The translations under genes and the position numbers were made by a program. From the sequence record NC_004629.1: 64,000 nt of DNA; one strand, written 5' to 3'. This document shows, piece after piece, positions 18,347 to 32,356 of the stretch. The notes under the pieces were generated by a model. The model ran no database searches and had not been told where the DNA came from. It was given only the letters and a program-made list of their open reading frames with translations. The first letter of the stretch is position 1. Each line of letters opens with the position of its first letter.

Positions 18347-19861
18347 TTAACTAATTTGGTATTTTAAATTCTGATTACCGTTTAGAACATAAATCTTACC
18401 ATCGTTATTAAACGTATTGGCAAAACCTGCATCCACTAAACCAGTTTCTAAATTACCTAAATTTATCCATCGTGCTAATCGTGGTTCATAATACTTAATT
18501 GGTGCATTATTTTGATTTTCACCAGCGATTACATAAAGTTCACCAGATGGGCGTATATTAATAGCTGCACCAAGAGGTATACCTGTAGTTATTGGTTTAG
18601 ACCAATTATTGTTGGTTTGATTGTACGATATGATTCCAGTATTAACACCGGCACCAACCATACCACCAATAACACATACGCTATTATTATAAACACTCAC
18701 TGAATAATCTTGGGTATATACCCCAGTATCATTAAATGCTGCACCACTGGTATATGTATCTGTAGTTGGATTGTACATTAATGTAAATCCACGATTATTT
18801 GTTGCAGTTGTATCAGCTGCACCTAATATGTAGATTAACCCATTAAGACTAGTTCCACGTGCATACCGACAAGCTATCGTACCTGGTGATTTTATTTCCC
18901 ATGTATTAGTTGCAGGATCATAACACTGCATACCTTTAGTGAGTACACCATCTGTGGCACTTTCACCACCATAGAAATATACTTTACCATTAAATGCAAC
19001 AGCCGAGCATTGTTTAACTGCTATAGGTGTACCAGTTGGTTGTAATGTTGTTAACTTACCCGTGGCTAAATTCAATGTACGTAGAGCAGTATTAGCATTA
19101 TTCTTACCACCGTAATAATAGACTAAGTTACCTATTTGGGCACCTGCTGCCATTTCGTTATCAGTTTCAAAATCAGTAAGTTTAATAACATTATCTTTAA
19201 CGAATGGATATGTACCACTAGCATAAACCACTGGACGCCAACCTTGGGTTGCAGCACCCGTTTCACTACTTGACGAGCTAGTTATATCAATCGCATAGTA
19301 GCCACGATAGAGCTGGTCATTAACTGGATCACTACCTGGGTCTCTTCCCCAGTTAGTAGTACCATCAGTGCTAATACCACCAGCGACCGCTTGGTTAATA
19401 CCTAAGTCATTATCTGTAAATTTATAAGGCCAGTTAGCACCATTTAAATTAGATACGTGAACATTATAAAGTAACCTTTGCCATTCTGATGTGGCACCAG
19501 CCATTGTTAATAAACCAAATTTATAAATGTTCCCCATAAATCTAACTTCATAGTCACCATTACGGAGTCCGGCATTATTAAGCCGTGATTTTTGTATTGA
19601 TTTACGAGCTGGTTTCTTTGGTATGTAACAAGTAACATTTTTATTAGAGAACTTTAACCATGGTTGTCCATCATTGATTACTGTTCCAAATGTCATATTA
19701 ACTAATTTAGCTGCATCATCATAACCAAATAATTCTGAAGATGTTGTTTCACCATACAAACCTAATTCCCTTGTCCCAGCTATCAGTGTTTTAGGACCTG
19801 GATAAGGATCGGAATATATAGGCGTATTTGTTAGTCCAGAAGACAACAATAACTCAAACAT
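18347..19861 (-). CDS. Kelch-repeat (beta-propeller) virion protein with phiKZ paralogue-family N-terminal domain (gp83)
   Basis: Repeated YYYGG / YFYGG / YILG / VIGG / YVIAG...Y.P....W kelch blades. Confidence 0.85.
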   Translation of the reverse strand: MFELLLSSGLTNTPIYSDPYPGPKTLIAGTRELGLYGETTSSELFGYDDAAKLVNMTFGTVINDGQPWLKFSNKNVTCYIPKKPARKSIQKSRLNNAGLRNGDYEVRFMGNIYKFGLLTMAGATSEWQRLLYNVHVSNLNGANWPYKFTDNDLGINQAVAGGISTDGTTNWGRDPGSDPVNDQLYRGYYAIDITSSSSSETGAATQGWRPVVYASGTYPFVKDNVIKLTDFETDNEMAAGAQIGNLVYYYGGKNNANTALRTLNLATGKLTTLQPTGTPIAVKQCSAVAFNGKVYFYGGESATDGVLTKGMQCYDPATNTWEIKSPGTIACRYARGTSLNGLIYILGAADTTATNNRGFTLMYNPTTDTYTSGAAFNDTGVYTQDYSVSVYNNSVCVIGGMVGAGVNTGIISYNQTNNNWSKPITTGIPLGAAINIRPSGELYVIAGENQNNAPIKYYEPRLARWINLGNLETGLVDAGFANTFNNDGKIYVLNGNQNLKYQIS

Positions 19862-19962
19862 TTTGTGTGCGCCTCTTTTATAATACGTAGTGCATAAGAT
19901 TGAATTCTATACAACGCAGCCTTATCTTTATGATTATAAATTAATACTGGTAGAGATATAAA

Positions 19963-21204
19963 ATGCTACATACGATAGAAATCTCTAATGAAGTGTTAGA
20001 TGTGAATGTTAAGCGTGACTTAGGTCCATTGATCGAAGAACATCTAACCAAGATTCGTGATAAATTAGATAATCAACAGAGAATAGATATTAATGATTTT
20101 AGGTCACTGAGTGATGATGTTTCTAAGATCCTCAATATGAATATAGAGTTTACACACCTGGATGATCAGGGTATAATGGGTGGTGCATACACATCCTTTA
20201 CAGTTGGACATACTGGTAGTAAATTTGACAATATTAATCGAGTTACTTTAGCAACTGAGCAAGGTGTCAATACATTCATTAATATTGATTTAACAAATTT
20301 AAAAGTTACGGGTGAGGCTGTTTCAACTTTTAAATACAAGGTCGGTTTATCTATTGGTTTATTATCGGCTATTAACCGTGTTAGTATAGCAGAAGCTACT
20401 GCCATTACATTACATGAAATTGGGCATTGTTGGGAAACACTGGCTACAATGGGTGACTACGTCTATCTTAACTATGCACTTACTGAAGGTATACTTATCT
20501 TACAGGGTAGGAAAGCTAATAAGTATAAGATTCAATTATTGGATGAAACATGGTTAAAGAAAAACGTTGATCCAGCCGATTATGAGAAGTTTGCTAATGA
20601 TAGGACTGAAGGAAATATTCGTAAAGTCATTCTATCATCATTTAAGAAAGCGCAACGTCCGCATTTAACTGGTGATGTTCAATCACGTAAACGCGATGAA
20701 CAATTAGCTGATTTATTCGCCACTCGATTAGGTTATGGAAGGCCACTGGCAACGGCATTAACTAAATCAGGTCGGTATTATAATGACCGTGAATATAAAT
20801 CTGTTTCTAGCCATATTACTGCTGAGGTATTCAAAGGTCTATTTATGATCATTGGTTTACCTGTTACGCTAGGTATCATTGCCGGTAATTTAAAAGTTGG
20901 ATATGATCCAATTAGTTCACGTTATGACAAACAACGACAACGTTTAATGAAAATTAAACAAGATCTAGTAGCACAACTTAAATGGGTAAAGGACTCATCA
21001 CTAAAACCAGGAATTGATGATGACATTAAAGTAATTGATTCATTGATAAATGATTTAGCTAATGAGTGGACCATTTTTGATAAAATTTTAGATTTCCTTA
21101 GTCCCCAGCGTCGTAAAGATAAACGGGCTACTGAATTAGAAGATACTTTAGAAAGTCTATTAAATAATGACTTATTTGTAAGAGCCTACCGCTTAACTAA
21201 ATAG
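19963..21204 (+). CDS. Virion protein with zincin HExxH motif (gp84)
   Basis: ITLHEIGHCWE ... DEQLADLFATRLGYGRPLATALTK. Confidence 0.75.
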   Translation: MLHTIEISNEVLDVNVKRDLGPLIEEHLTKIRDKLDNQQRIDINDFRSLSDDVSKILNMNIEFTHLDDQGIMGGAYTSFTVGHTGSKFDNINRVTLATEQGVNTFINIDLTNLKVTGEAVSTFKYKVGLSIGLLSAINRVSIAEATAITLHEIGHCWETLATMGDYVYLNYALTEGILILQGRKANKYKIQLLDETWLKKNVDPADYEKFANDRTEGNIRKVILSSFKKAQRPHLTGDVQSRKRDEQLADLFATRLGYGRPLATALTKSGRYYNDREYKSVSSHITAEVFKGLFMIIGLPVTLGIIAGNLKVGYDPISSRYDKQRQRLMKIKQDLVAQLKWVKDSSLKPGIDDDIKVIDSLINDLANEWTIFDKILDFLSPQRRKDKRATELEDTLESLLNNDLFVRAYRLTK

Positions 21205-21215
21205 AGAGAAAAATC

Positions 21216-21665
21216 ATGCAACAATTAGGTTTTGAACTTTCCCGTATTCTAAAGCAACTGCCTAACTTAGGTGGTTCTGATCGTAAAACCCGCGCAATGC
21301 TCCTAGCTAATGCGGTGGCATTACAGATTCCATTTGAGATTTTACTTGATTTCAATGAACAACAGGATAAAGCTGTTGCTAAATTTAAGAAAATCTTAAG
21401 TAAAGTTAATGAGAATATTGCAGTTGATACTAAACTAGCCGTAACATATTTTAACAATATTCTTCGCATTCGCCAAAGTCTTATCAACGGTATTACTGAT
21501 CCATGTCTTGTCAAAGCTGTACTGACATCTGATACCGCTAATGATTATCTAACTGTCGATGATATCAATATTGTCTCTGCCGTTGTTAATGGCCCAGATT
21601 ATAACCGTATCCAAGCAGACATGGGTAATGCATTAAATCAATTAATCGGTAGTATTGATGAGTGA
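21216..21665 (+). CDS. Minor head protein (gp85)
   Basis: 149-aa ORF; position in the structural operon. Confidence 0.7.
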   Translation: MQQLGFELSRILKQLPNLGGSDRKTRAMLLANAVALQIPFEILLDFNEQQDKAVAKFKKILSKVNENIAVDTKLAVTYFNNILRIRQSLINGITDPCLVKAVLTSDTANDYLTVDDINIVSAVVNGPDYNRIQADMGNALNQLIGSIDE

Positions 21666-22944
21666 GGTTAAACCCATGTCTCATGTTAAAGAAGTAGATG
21701 TCGAAGAGGAAAAACTTTTCTTTGATGAGAACCAACCAGAGATGGTTGAAGGCGAAGAAGAGACTGTTTCAAGTGCCTCGGCTCCTGAAATTTTAGCTAA
21801 GATGTGTGTAGCTGTCGAAGCGATTCATCAGCTATCTGATATTTATGCAATCACTAAACTTGAAGGCGTATCAAAACCAGATGTTGATGGTATTCGAGCA
21901 TTAGTTAAGCGCATGAGCACTGAAGGGTTTGAAGCTCCTAAGAAAGCAGTAGCTTCACTTGAGCAATATGCTTCTATGTTTACACCAACCCGTAGTACTC
22001 TTAATGTGACTATTTCTCAAGAGGCAGTGATGGCTACCATCATTAATACTCTTAAGACTTGGTTTGAGAAACTAATGGAACTATTTGCTAAGCTGATGCG
22101 TTGGATTAGTGATTTTAAGAAGCGCGATGTTGTTGTAGCAACTCGTTATGGAAAGATTGTCCGGGCAGTTGATCAAGCACGTACTCTCTTTCAAGAGTTA
22201 CTAGTTAAAAATCGATTAGGTAATCGAAAGGATGCGCTACTAGAAAAGTTTGATGCAATTGCACAATCAATCATTGATGATCCTAAAATCCTAGCTAGTC
22301 GTGTATATGCTGCTGCATTTGGTAGTGTATACTACCAGAAAGAAATCATTAATATTAATAATGAAGCACGTACTGAACTAGGTACAATGGAAAAGCTAGT
22401 TGGCACTATCATTGAATATGTTAATTACAATGGTGATGATTATCGTGCACTTATGCCTATCGCTAATATCCGTGAGATTGGTAAACTAGCTACCCGGTGC
22501 AATGAACTATCTACAGTGTATCCTGATCGTTCAAGCATTCCAGATTTCCCTGATAAGAATTTCTGGAAAAACTCACATCTGTTAAAAGATCGTTTTGTCG
22601 CACCACTTGATGATTTGTTAAAAGCATATCGCAATAGCAGTGATACTCTACGTAAGTTAAAGCAACTATCACGTAATTATAGTCAAGAAACTATTGATGC
22701 TATTGGTGAGTCTGTTCAATTAATCAACACTTCCCTTGAAGGTATGCGTCGTATTACTGATACGATGTTTGAATATTCTCAAGCACAATATCTAGCAGCT
22801 AGTTGCGTACTTAACTATTATGGTAAGTGTGCACAAGTAGTTAGTGAAGATTATAAGATCCATGGCTTCAATGATGCTATTCGCGAATGGCAGCGTCGAT
22901 TTGATAAAGTCATCGATGACTTTAAACGTGGTTATGCAATGTAA
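21655..22944 (+). CDS. Head protein with acidic propeptide (gp86)
   Basis: Acidic N-terminus with STE/SLE/SQE motifs of the S/A/G-X-E type cut by the prohead protease. Confidence 0.75.
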   Translation: MMSEVKPMSHVKEVDVEEEKLFFDENQPEMVEGEEETVSSASAPEILAKMCVAVEAIHQLSDIYAITKLEGVSKPDVDGIRALVKRMSTEGFEAPKKAVASLEQYASMFTPTRSTLNVTISQEAVMATIINTLKTWFEKLMELFAKLMRWISDFKKRDVVVATRYGKIVRAVDQARTLFQELLVKNRLGNRKDALLEKFDAIAQSIIDDPKILASRVYAAAFGSVYYQKEIININNEARTELGTMEKLVGTIIEYVNYNGDDYRALMPIANIREIGKLATRCNELSTVYPDRSSIPDFPDKNFWKNSHLLKDRFVAPLDDLLKAYRNSSDTLRKLKQLSRNYSQETIDAIGESVQLINTSLEGMRRITDTMFEYSQAQYLAASCVLNYYGKCAQVVSEDYKIHGFNDAIREWQRRFDKVIDDFKRGYAM

Positions 22945-22950
22945 AATACA

Positions 22951-22982
22951 ACATAATGCCCTCCCCTAGGGGAGGGCTTATG
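22951..22982. terminator. ACATAA-hairpin-TTATG bidirectional element
   Basis: GCCCTCCCC-TA-GGGGAGGGC between convergent genes; nearly identical to 15866-15883. Confidence 0.85.
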
Positions 22983-22985
22983 ACC

Positions 22986-26957
<3,972 letters not shown>

Positions 26958-26993
26958 TTATAACTCTCTGCAAACCCATATAGGAAGAGAAAA

Positions 26994-28157
26994 ATGCCAT
27001 TACCTGTAATCGCCGGAGCAGTAAGTTCTGCTCTGATGACTGTTGCTGCTGATCAAGGTGTACGTGGTCTAATGCAGACTGTCCTACAAGCCACTAAAAA
27101 TGGTGTAGAGATTTCTTCTCTAACCGATCTAGCACGTCCAACTCGTGTTGAACCATTGGTCATCGTAGACCAAACCTTAGTTGATCAACCTTACATGAAA
27201 GACGTTATGAAATTTGTTTCATCGTCTTTTACTGGTTATTATCTACAAGCTGTTAATATGCTTCTAGGTGTGGATAAGATTGATACTTTAAAAGTATTCG
27301 ATACTATTAATCCTAACCGTACAGGTGTAACTCGCACTAGTGTATTCTCTGCCGAAGAGTATTCTGATGGTCTTCCTTCATTAGAGTCTTTTGAGAAGCC
27401 TGTGCATTTACCAAATATCGTCGCTGAACACTCACATGAGCGTTGGGTAGCTTCAATGGAAGCGAATGACGAAAGTACAAGTGCACAAAGTATTTCTAGT
27501 GGTGATACACAAAAGATTTATGAAGTTGAAAACCTTGCCGTTGGTAAGCTGGTTAACGTTGATGTTAAATCAGGAAAGCAGAAAGCTAAAATTCCTGTTA
27601 TGATCCGTTTAATTCCAGCCGCTGTTAGTCCTCAGATTATTGCGCACATCTTTAGTGCTGGTGGACGAGATACTTGGCTACATCGCCTATTTCTAGTAAA
27701 AACTGGTCAAATTAAATTCTGGCGTGACTTCGTTCTAGGTCAAGATATGATCGATGAACATTATCGCATTCTAATGAATGATAAATCAGGTGTTTATAAA
27801 CAAATCACCGATCGCCGCCGTAACAACTGGAAACAATCAGTTCGCAGTGGTACGGTTTCATTAGCAGATGCATCAAATATCGCGATTGTATCAACTTCAA
27901 CTCTTAAAGCTGCTTCTAATTCTCTTTATGGTCGTATTGATGATTTCGCCACTCGGCAAAAGATCTTTGACAATAGCTATCTAATGATGCTTGTTGTTAT
28001 TGATGACCGTTATGAGCGAGTAACTATTTATCATCGTGGGGTTGATCTATCTACATCTCACCGACTTGATGAAATTAAAATGGCTGAAAAGAATAAAGGT
28101 CCGGATATCACTGAGATCTTTAAAATGATGAATAAAACCATGTCTACCAATATTTAA
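26994..28157 (+). CDS. Head / inner-body protein (gp89)
   Basis: 387 aa, SLE/SME motifs, synteny. Confidence 0.75.
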   Translation: MPLPVIAGAVSSALMTVAADQGVRGLMQTVLQATKNGVEISSLTDLARPTRVEPLVIVDQTLVDQPYMKDVMKFVSSSFTGYYLQAVNMLLGVDKIDTLKVFDTINPNRTGVTRTSVFSAEEYSDGLPSLESFEKPVHLPNIVAEHSHERWVASMEANDESTSAQSISSGDTQKIYEVENLAVGKLVNVDVKSGKQKAKIPVMIRLIPAAVSPQIIAHIFSAGGRDTWLHRLFLVKTGQIKFWRDFVLGQDMIDEHYRILMNDKSGVYKQITDRRRNNWKQSVRSGTVSLADASNIAIVSTSTLKAASNSLYGRIDDFATRQKIFDNSYLMMLVVIDDRYERVTIYHRGVDLSTSHRLDEIKMAEKNKGPDITEIFKMMNKTMSTNI

Positions 28158-28164
28158 GGACTGA

Positions 28165-29097
28165 GTGATGAGAATTATTGATTATGTACGTGAACTCGCA
28201 CCAGTTACTGAACGTCGTGAACTATTAAATCAAATCCGTTCATTACGTGAAGAATATGATGCAACTCTCGCACCAATTATTGACGATGTAGGTGAAGTAT
28301 TTGGTAATATGCAACTTAAATCAGATTTAGGTATGCGGTTATCTACTGAACTACGGCGAGCGATTAGTTTTAATACTGAACCGATTAAACTAGTACTGGA
28401 TACTCTTTCAAATATTCGTGGTAGCTTTGATATGATCGAAAGCGAAATCCGGCGTTTATTTGCTATTCAGTTTACTAACTCTAATCTAACCTTTGACCGT
28501 GCAAACATGTTACGTTTTGTTGATGGTCTTAGTTTCTATATTCGTTATGGCCGTAAACTACTACTAAATCTAATTGCACAAGAAGCAATGAAATTAGGTA
28601 AGGCTACAGAATTAAAATCATCTCGTGCTGAGAAAGAATGGCTATACACTAATATGGCGCAATTCATTACTCTGTATCCAGCAATGAGTCTTAAGACTAA
28701 TGAACTGAAACAACGCTTAAGTCGTGCATCTAGTGCTGAAGTCAATGAAGGTACTTATGATGTAGCTGTGAGTGCTCTCTCTATAGCTCAACGTGATCCA
28801 CTTAACATGGATGGCTTCTCACCTCGTCAGAACCCGTTCGTGCTATTTGGCAAGTTCTTAGCTGAGTATCAGGTTGAACGTTTTAAAGAAGCTGAGCAAG
28901 AATTCCTTGCACTTCAACTACGTTTACAAGAAATGCGGGAAATGCAAAGTAATGGTAAAGTGGATGCACGCCTACAGAAGCTTATTAAAGAGTATGAAAT
29001 TCGTATCTCTGATTATAACTATCGCCTAGGTATGATCCAAGATCGCGCATCTGAGTTCTTTGCTAACCATCGTGATCTACTATCTCTTGGTCACTAA
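28165..29097 (+). CDS. Head / inner-body protein (gp90)
   Basis: 310 aa, helical, synteny. Confidence 0.75.
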   Translation: MMRIIDYVRELAPVTERRELLNQIRSLREEYDATLAPIIDDVGEVFGNMQLKSDLGMRLSTELRRAISFNTEPIKLVLDTLSNIRGSFDMIESEIRRLFAIQFTNSNLTFDRANMLRFVDGLSFYIRYGRKLLLNLIAQEAMKLGKATELKSSRAEKEWLYTNMAQFITLYPAMSLKTNELKQRLSRASSAEVNEGTYDVAVSALSIAQRDPLNMDGFSPRQNPFVLFGKFLAEYQVERFKEAEQEFLALQLRLQEMREMQSNGKVDARLQKLIKEYEIRISDYNYRLGMIQDRASEFFANHRDLLSLGH

Positions 29098-29642
29098 TGG
29101 AGGGCATTGATATGCCAGCAACTAATGCTGTACGCCCATTTGGTCGTAATTACTCAGGTGGTCAACAACAGGCCATTTCACGGTTCACTGCTCGTCCCGG
29201 TGATCCTCAAGTTGAAGAACTATATCTTATCTTTACCAACTTTCCTGCACAAACTGCATATTGGGAATTCCATAAGAAAGTTCTAGCTTGTGCTATTCGT
29301 CTTTTTAGCGGAAACTATAATTGGTTTATTCTACAGGACAATAATAGTAATATTGATAGTTATAATTATCAATTCCTATTAGATACTGTTCGATACATTG
29401 CTACGGGTCATCGACGTATTTCAATTACCCAATGGCCAATGTTACTAGCTACTGAACCAGATGCTGGTGCACAACTCATTGAACCGCGCGCTGAAATTGC
29501 TACTCTCTTTAATGAGTTAAAATTAGATCTAGATACTGTTTCAATGATCCAGAATTGGGTTAAACACAAAAACGGTATGAATGATCTAATGTATACCCTA
29601 CATCTACTATTTGGATCTGTAGAAGTAATAGATAAGGACTGA
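29097..29642 (+). CDS. Minor head protein (gp91)
   Basis: 181 aa, TAATG-coupled to gp90. Confidence 0.7.
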   Translation: MEGIDMPATNAVRPFGRNYSGGQQQAISRFTARPGDPQVEELYLIFTNFPAQTAYWEFHKKVLACAIRLFSGNYNWFILQDNNSNIDSYNYQFLLDTVRYIATGHRRISITQWPMLLATEPDAGAQLIEPRAEIATLFNELKLDLDTVSMIQNWVKHKNGMNDLMYTLHLLFGSVEVIDKD

Positions 29643-29651
29643 GGACTATCT

Positions 29652-30974
29652 ATGACTAATAATTCATTTAGTCATTCGGTCTTACTTGAATCAATCGACG
29701 GGGACAGCCCCGTCGATATGATCGCTACATGCGATGGATATCTAAAAGAATTATTGCCATCAATTGAAGATATTCAAAGTAGATTAGAATGCACTGAAAA
29801 AGACATTTTAGTTAAAACCTATACCGATGGCTTATTTCAAAAATATGCAGATAACCAAGATGTTGTTAGTGAACACATTCTAAAAACTGAGAATGTGTCA
29901 TTAGAAGACCTATCTAAGACAGCACGAAATACCTGGGATGAAATGAAAAAATCCCAAGCAAAGCATCGAGATGAGTTAAAAGAGTATGCACGTGTTATTA
30001 CACAAGGTAATCAACGTACTCTTGAACGAATAAACATGCTTTTAGAAAGAGCTGAAAATATTAAGCATGAGCCATTTAAGCAAGAATTAAAATTTAAAAA
30101 TACTAAACGATTTAGTATTGATGGTAAATTCGAACCGACTACAGTTGATCCGATACTCATGCAAGTTAACAACTTGATAGCTTTCTATGATAAATCCCTA
30201 CTCTTGTATATCCAATCTGTAGCGGATATCCTTAGGAAATTATCATTTGATGAAAAATGGACTGATAGAGCTGCACAAGACTTTAGTAAGTTTAATGTTA
30301 AGAACTGGATGAAGGGTGCAGTACCTATTAAGAAAGATGATAGATTTAGAGTAAGTTCTACAGTTTATCGTAGTATGCCAGTTCAAGGTAATAAGACTTT
30401 ATTTGGCGCAGGGCCAACTGAAACACAGACTGAAGAGATCAGGGATTGGGATTTTTTAGTAAATACTGTCCGTGATTTTGCCTTTAAGTTTTATACTATT
30501 CCTACTATGAAGGATGCACTTGAAGGTAACAATACCTTTAAGGTTAATGATACGAGTTCAATTGGAAGACGGTTAGTATTATTAAGCGAAATGGCTAAAC
30601 GTATAGATGCTAGAAAAGATTATGCAACTAAACTAGATTTTGAATTTGGTAGGTTAATGCAGTTAGCCGAGACTAATCGTCAACAAGCTGGTAGGATTCG
30701 GGCACAACAATCTAATATGCGAAATCGTCAAGCAAAAGTTCAAGATCCTGATGCACCTGATGGCATCCCTGCTATCTCAAATATCATTAATTCAATTACA
30801 TTAATGATCAATAATGTAAGTCGCGTTGTAACAGATTTTAGTAATGCTCTTGCTGGTTTAGTCAGAGTAATGGGTCGACTAGTATTCGTGACCGAGTTAG
30901 AATTAAAAGCTTACCAGCGTCCAATTCAAAGACCTACGCAAGAACAAGTAAATAATCCCTCCCAGGTAAGGTAA
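29652..30974 (+). CDS. Head protein (gp92)
   Basis: 440 aa, SLE motif after an acidic N-terminus. Confidence 0.7.
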   Translation: MTNNSFSHSVLLESIDGDSPVDMIATCDGYLKELLPSIEDIQSRLECTEKDILVKTYTDGLFQKYADNQDVVSEHILKTENVSLEDLSKTARNTWDEMKKSQAKHRDELKEYARVITQGNQRTLERINMLLERAENIKHEPFKQELKFKNTKRFSIDGKFEPTTVDPILMQVNNLIAFYDKSLLLYIQSVADILRKLSFDEKWTDRAAQDFSKFNVKNWMKGAVPIKKDDRFRVSSTVYRSMPVQGNKTLFGAGPTETQTEEIRDWDFLVNTVRDFAFKFYTIPTMKDALEGNNTFKVNDTSSIGRRLVLLSEMAKRIDARKDYATKLDFEFGRLMQLAETNRQQAGRIRAQQSNMRNRQAKVQDPDAPDGIPAISNIINSITLMINNVSRVVTDFSNALAGLVRVMGRLVFVTELELKAYQRPIQRPTQEQVNNPSQVR

Positions 30975-30979
30975 TTAAC

Positions 30980-32287
30980 ATGTCTCTACTTAAAATGCTA
31001 GACAAACTATCACTTGAATCAATTGAAGATCAAGGCACTACGATTCATGGTGATGTTGAATTAGTCGTTGAAAATAAAACTTCTGCTGATGTATCATCCG
31101 TTTTAGCAGAAGTAGATCAGATTGAAAATAATCCCGTAGAAGAAGTTCTTGATGCAGATGATGCTATTCAACCAACTGCATTAGATACTGAAGTAACTAT
31201 TGTTCAAGCTGAAGATGAATTAGGGCTAATTGAAGATGCTAAAGAAGCACTTGAAAAGTTCCAAGGTCTTTTACTTCAAGCTGGTGAAGATGGTATCTCT
31301 CGACAAGCAGCTGCCTTCATGCATGTTGGCATGGAATCAATCGATCGTATCCTAGGTATTGAAAAATCTGGACTCACTGCCGCGCTTGAGAATTACGATG
31401 CTTCTCCACGCAGCGCTATTCAGAAAGCAGCTGTTATCTCTCTTGAGGATCTCAAAGAGAAACTAAAAGAAGCAGGTAAGAAAGCTTTAGAGATTATCAA
31501 GAAAATTGTTGCAATGATAAAGCAGAAGATTAAAGATTTTAATCCTAAGCTGATTGCACTCGATATGCGTATTACTAAAACTATTGATGCTATTAAATCA
31601 CTCAAAGCCGGTGATCTAAAGAAAGAAGAGATTAAGTTCACTCCTTCTGAGTATATGGTATCTAGTAGTGGCTTTATTGCAAATAATCCGAAGACTATTG
31701 CAGACTTCATGACTGTATTCTCAACTCAGTATGTATCTGCTCTTAGGAAATATGGCGAACTTGGAGTACGTTATCTCAAAGGTGACAAGTCTATTGATAT
31801 TGATCAAGTCACCAGTGATTTACAAGCTAAGATGGCTGAAGATATTAATAAAGCCGTTGAGAAAGCTCCTGGTAATGTTAAGTTAGAAGTTACTTCTTCT
31901 AAGTCAGGTGTGAATAAGTGGGAAGTTGTTGAGGGTGATGGGGAAACGGATCTACATGAAGTTGAAGTTGATGTCCGTGCACCGAGTAAAATCTTAGCAC
32001 ATCTTAATATTCTTAAAGGTCTTGTTATTAAACTACAGGACTTTAATAAGATTGATTACAAGATTGCTGAGAATCTTGAAAAGGCCCTAGCTGATTGGAA
32101 TCCTGACGAAGCAGGCATGTCAAAAGAAACAGCGCGTGATGCACTGAATATTGGTGGTATTGATAATAGTGCACTAGTTAACTATATTGCTAAATGCATC
32201 GCTGCGCAGTATACATTTATTGTTAAACATGAATTAGCTGCGTACGGCAAAGAAACTTCTAAAGCACCTGAGAATGATGAGAAGTAA
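30980..32287 (+). CDS. Inner-body paralogue-family protein (gp93)
   Basis: GISRQAAAFMHVGMES...ALENY...ISLEDLKE block shared with gp94 and gp95. Confidence 0.8.
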   Translation: MSLLKMLDKLSLESIEDQGTTIHGDVELVVENKTSADVSSVLAEVDQIENNPVEEVLDADDAIQPTALDTEVTIVQAEDELGLIEDAKEALEKFQGLLLQAGEDGISRQAAAFMHVGMESIDRILGIEKSGLTAALENYDASPRSAIQKAAVISLEDLKEKLKEAGKKALEIIKKIVAMIKQKIKDFNPKLIALDMRITKTIDAIKSLKAGDLKKEEIKFTPSEYMVSSSGFIANNPKTIADFMTVFSTQYVSALRKYGELGVRYLKGDKSIDIDQVTSDLQAKMAEDINKAVEKAPGNVKLEVTSSKSGVNKWEVVEGDGETDLHEVEVDVRAPSKILAHLNILKGLVIKLQDFNKIDYKIAENLEKALADWNPDEAGMSKETARDALNIGGIDNSALVNYIAKCIAAQYTFIVKHELAAYGKETSKAPENDEK

Positions 32288-32290
32288 CAA

Positions 32291-32324
32291 ACATAATGAG
32301 GAACCCTTCGGGGTTCCTCTTATG
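32291..32324 (+). terminator. ACATAA-hairpin-TTATG element
   Basis: GAGGAACCC-TTCG-GGGTTCCTC. Confidence 0.85.
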
Positions 32325-32356
32325 CTATGTAATTAAGTATTCTTGAGGAATTGTAA

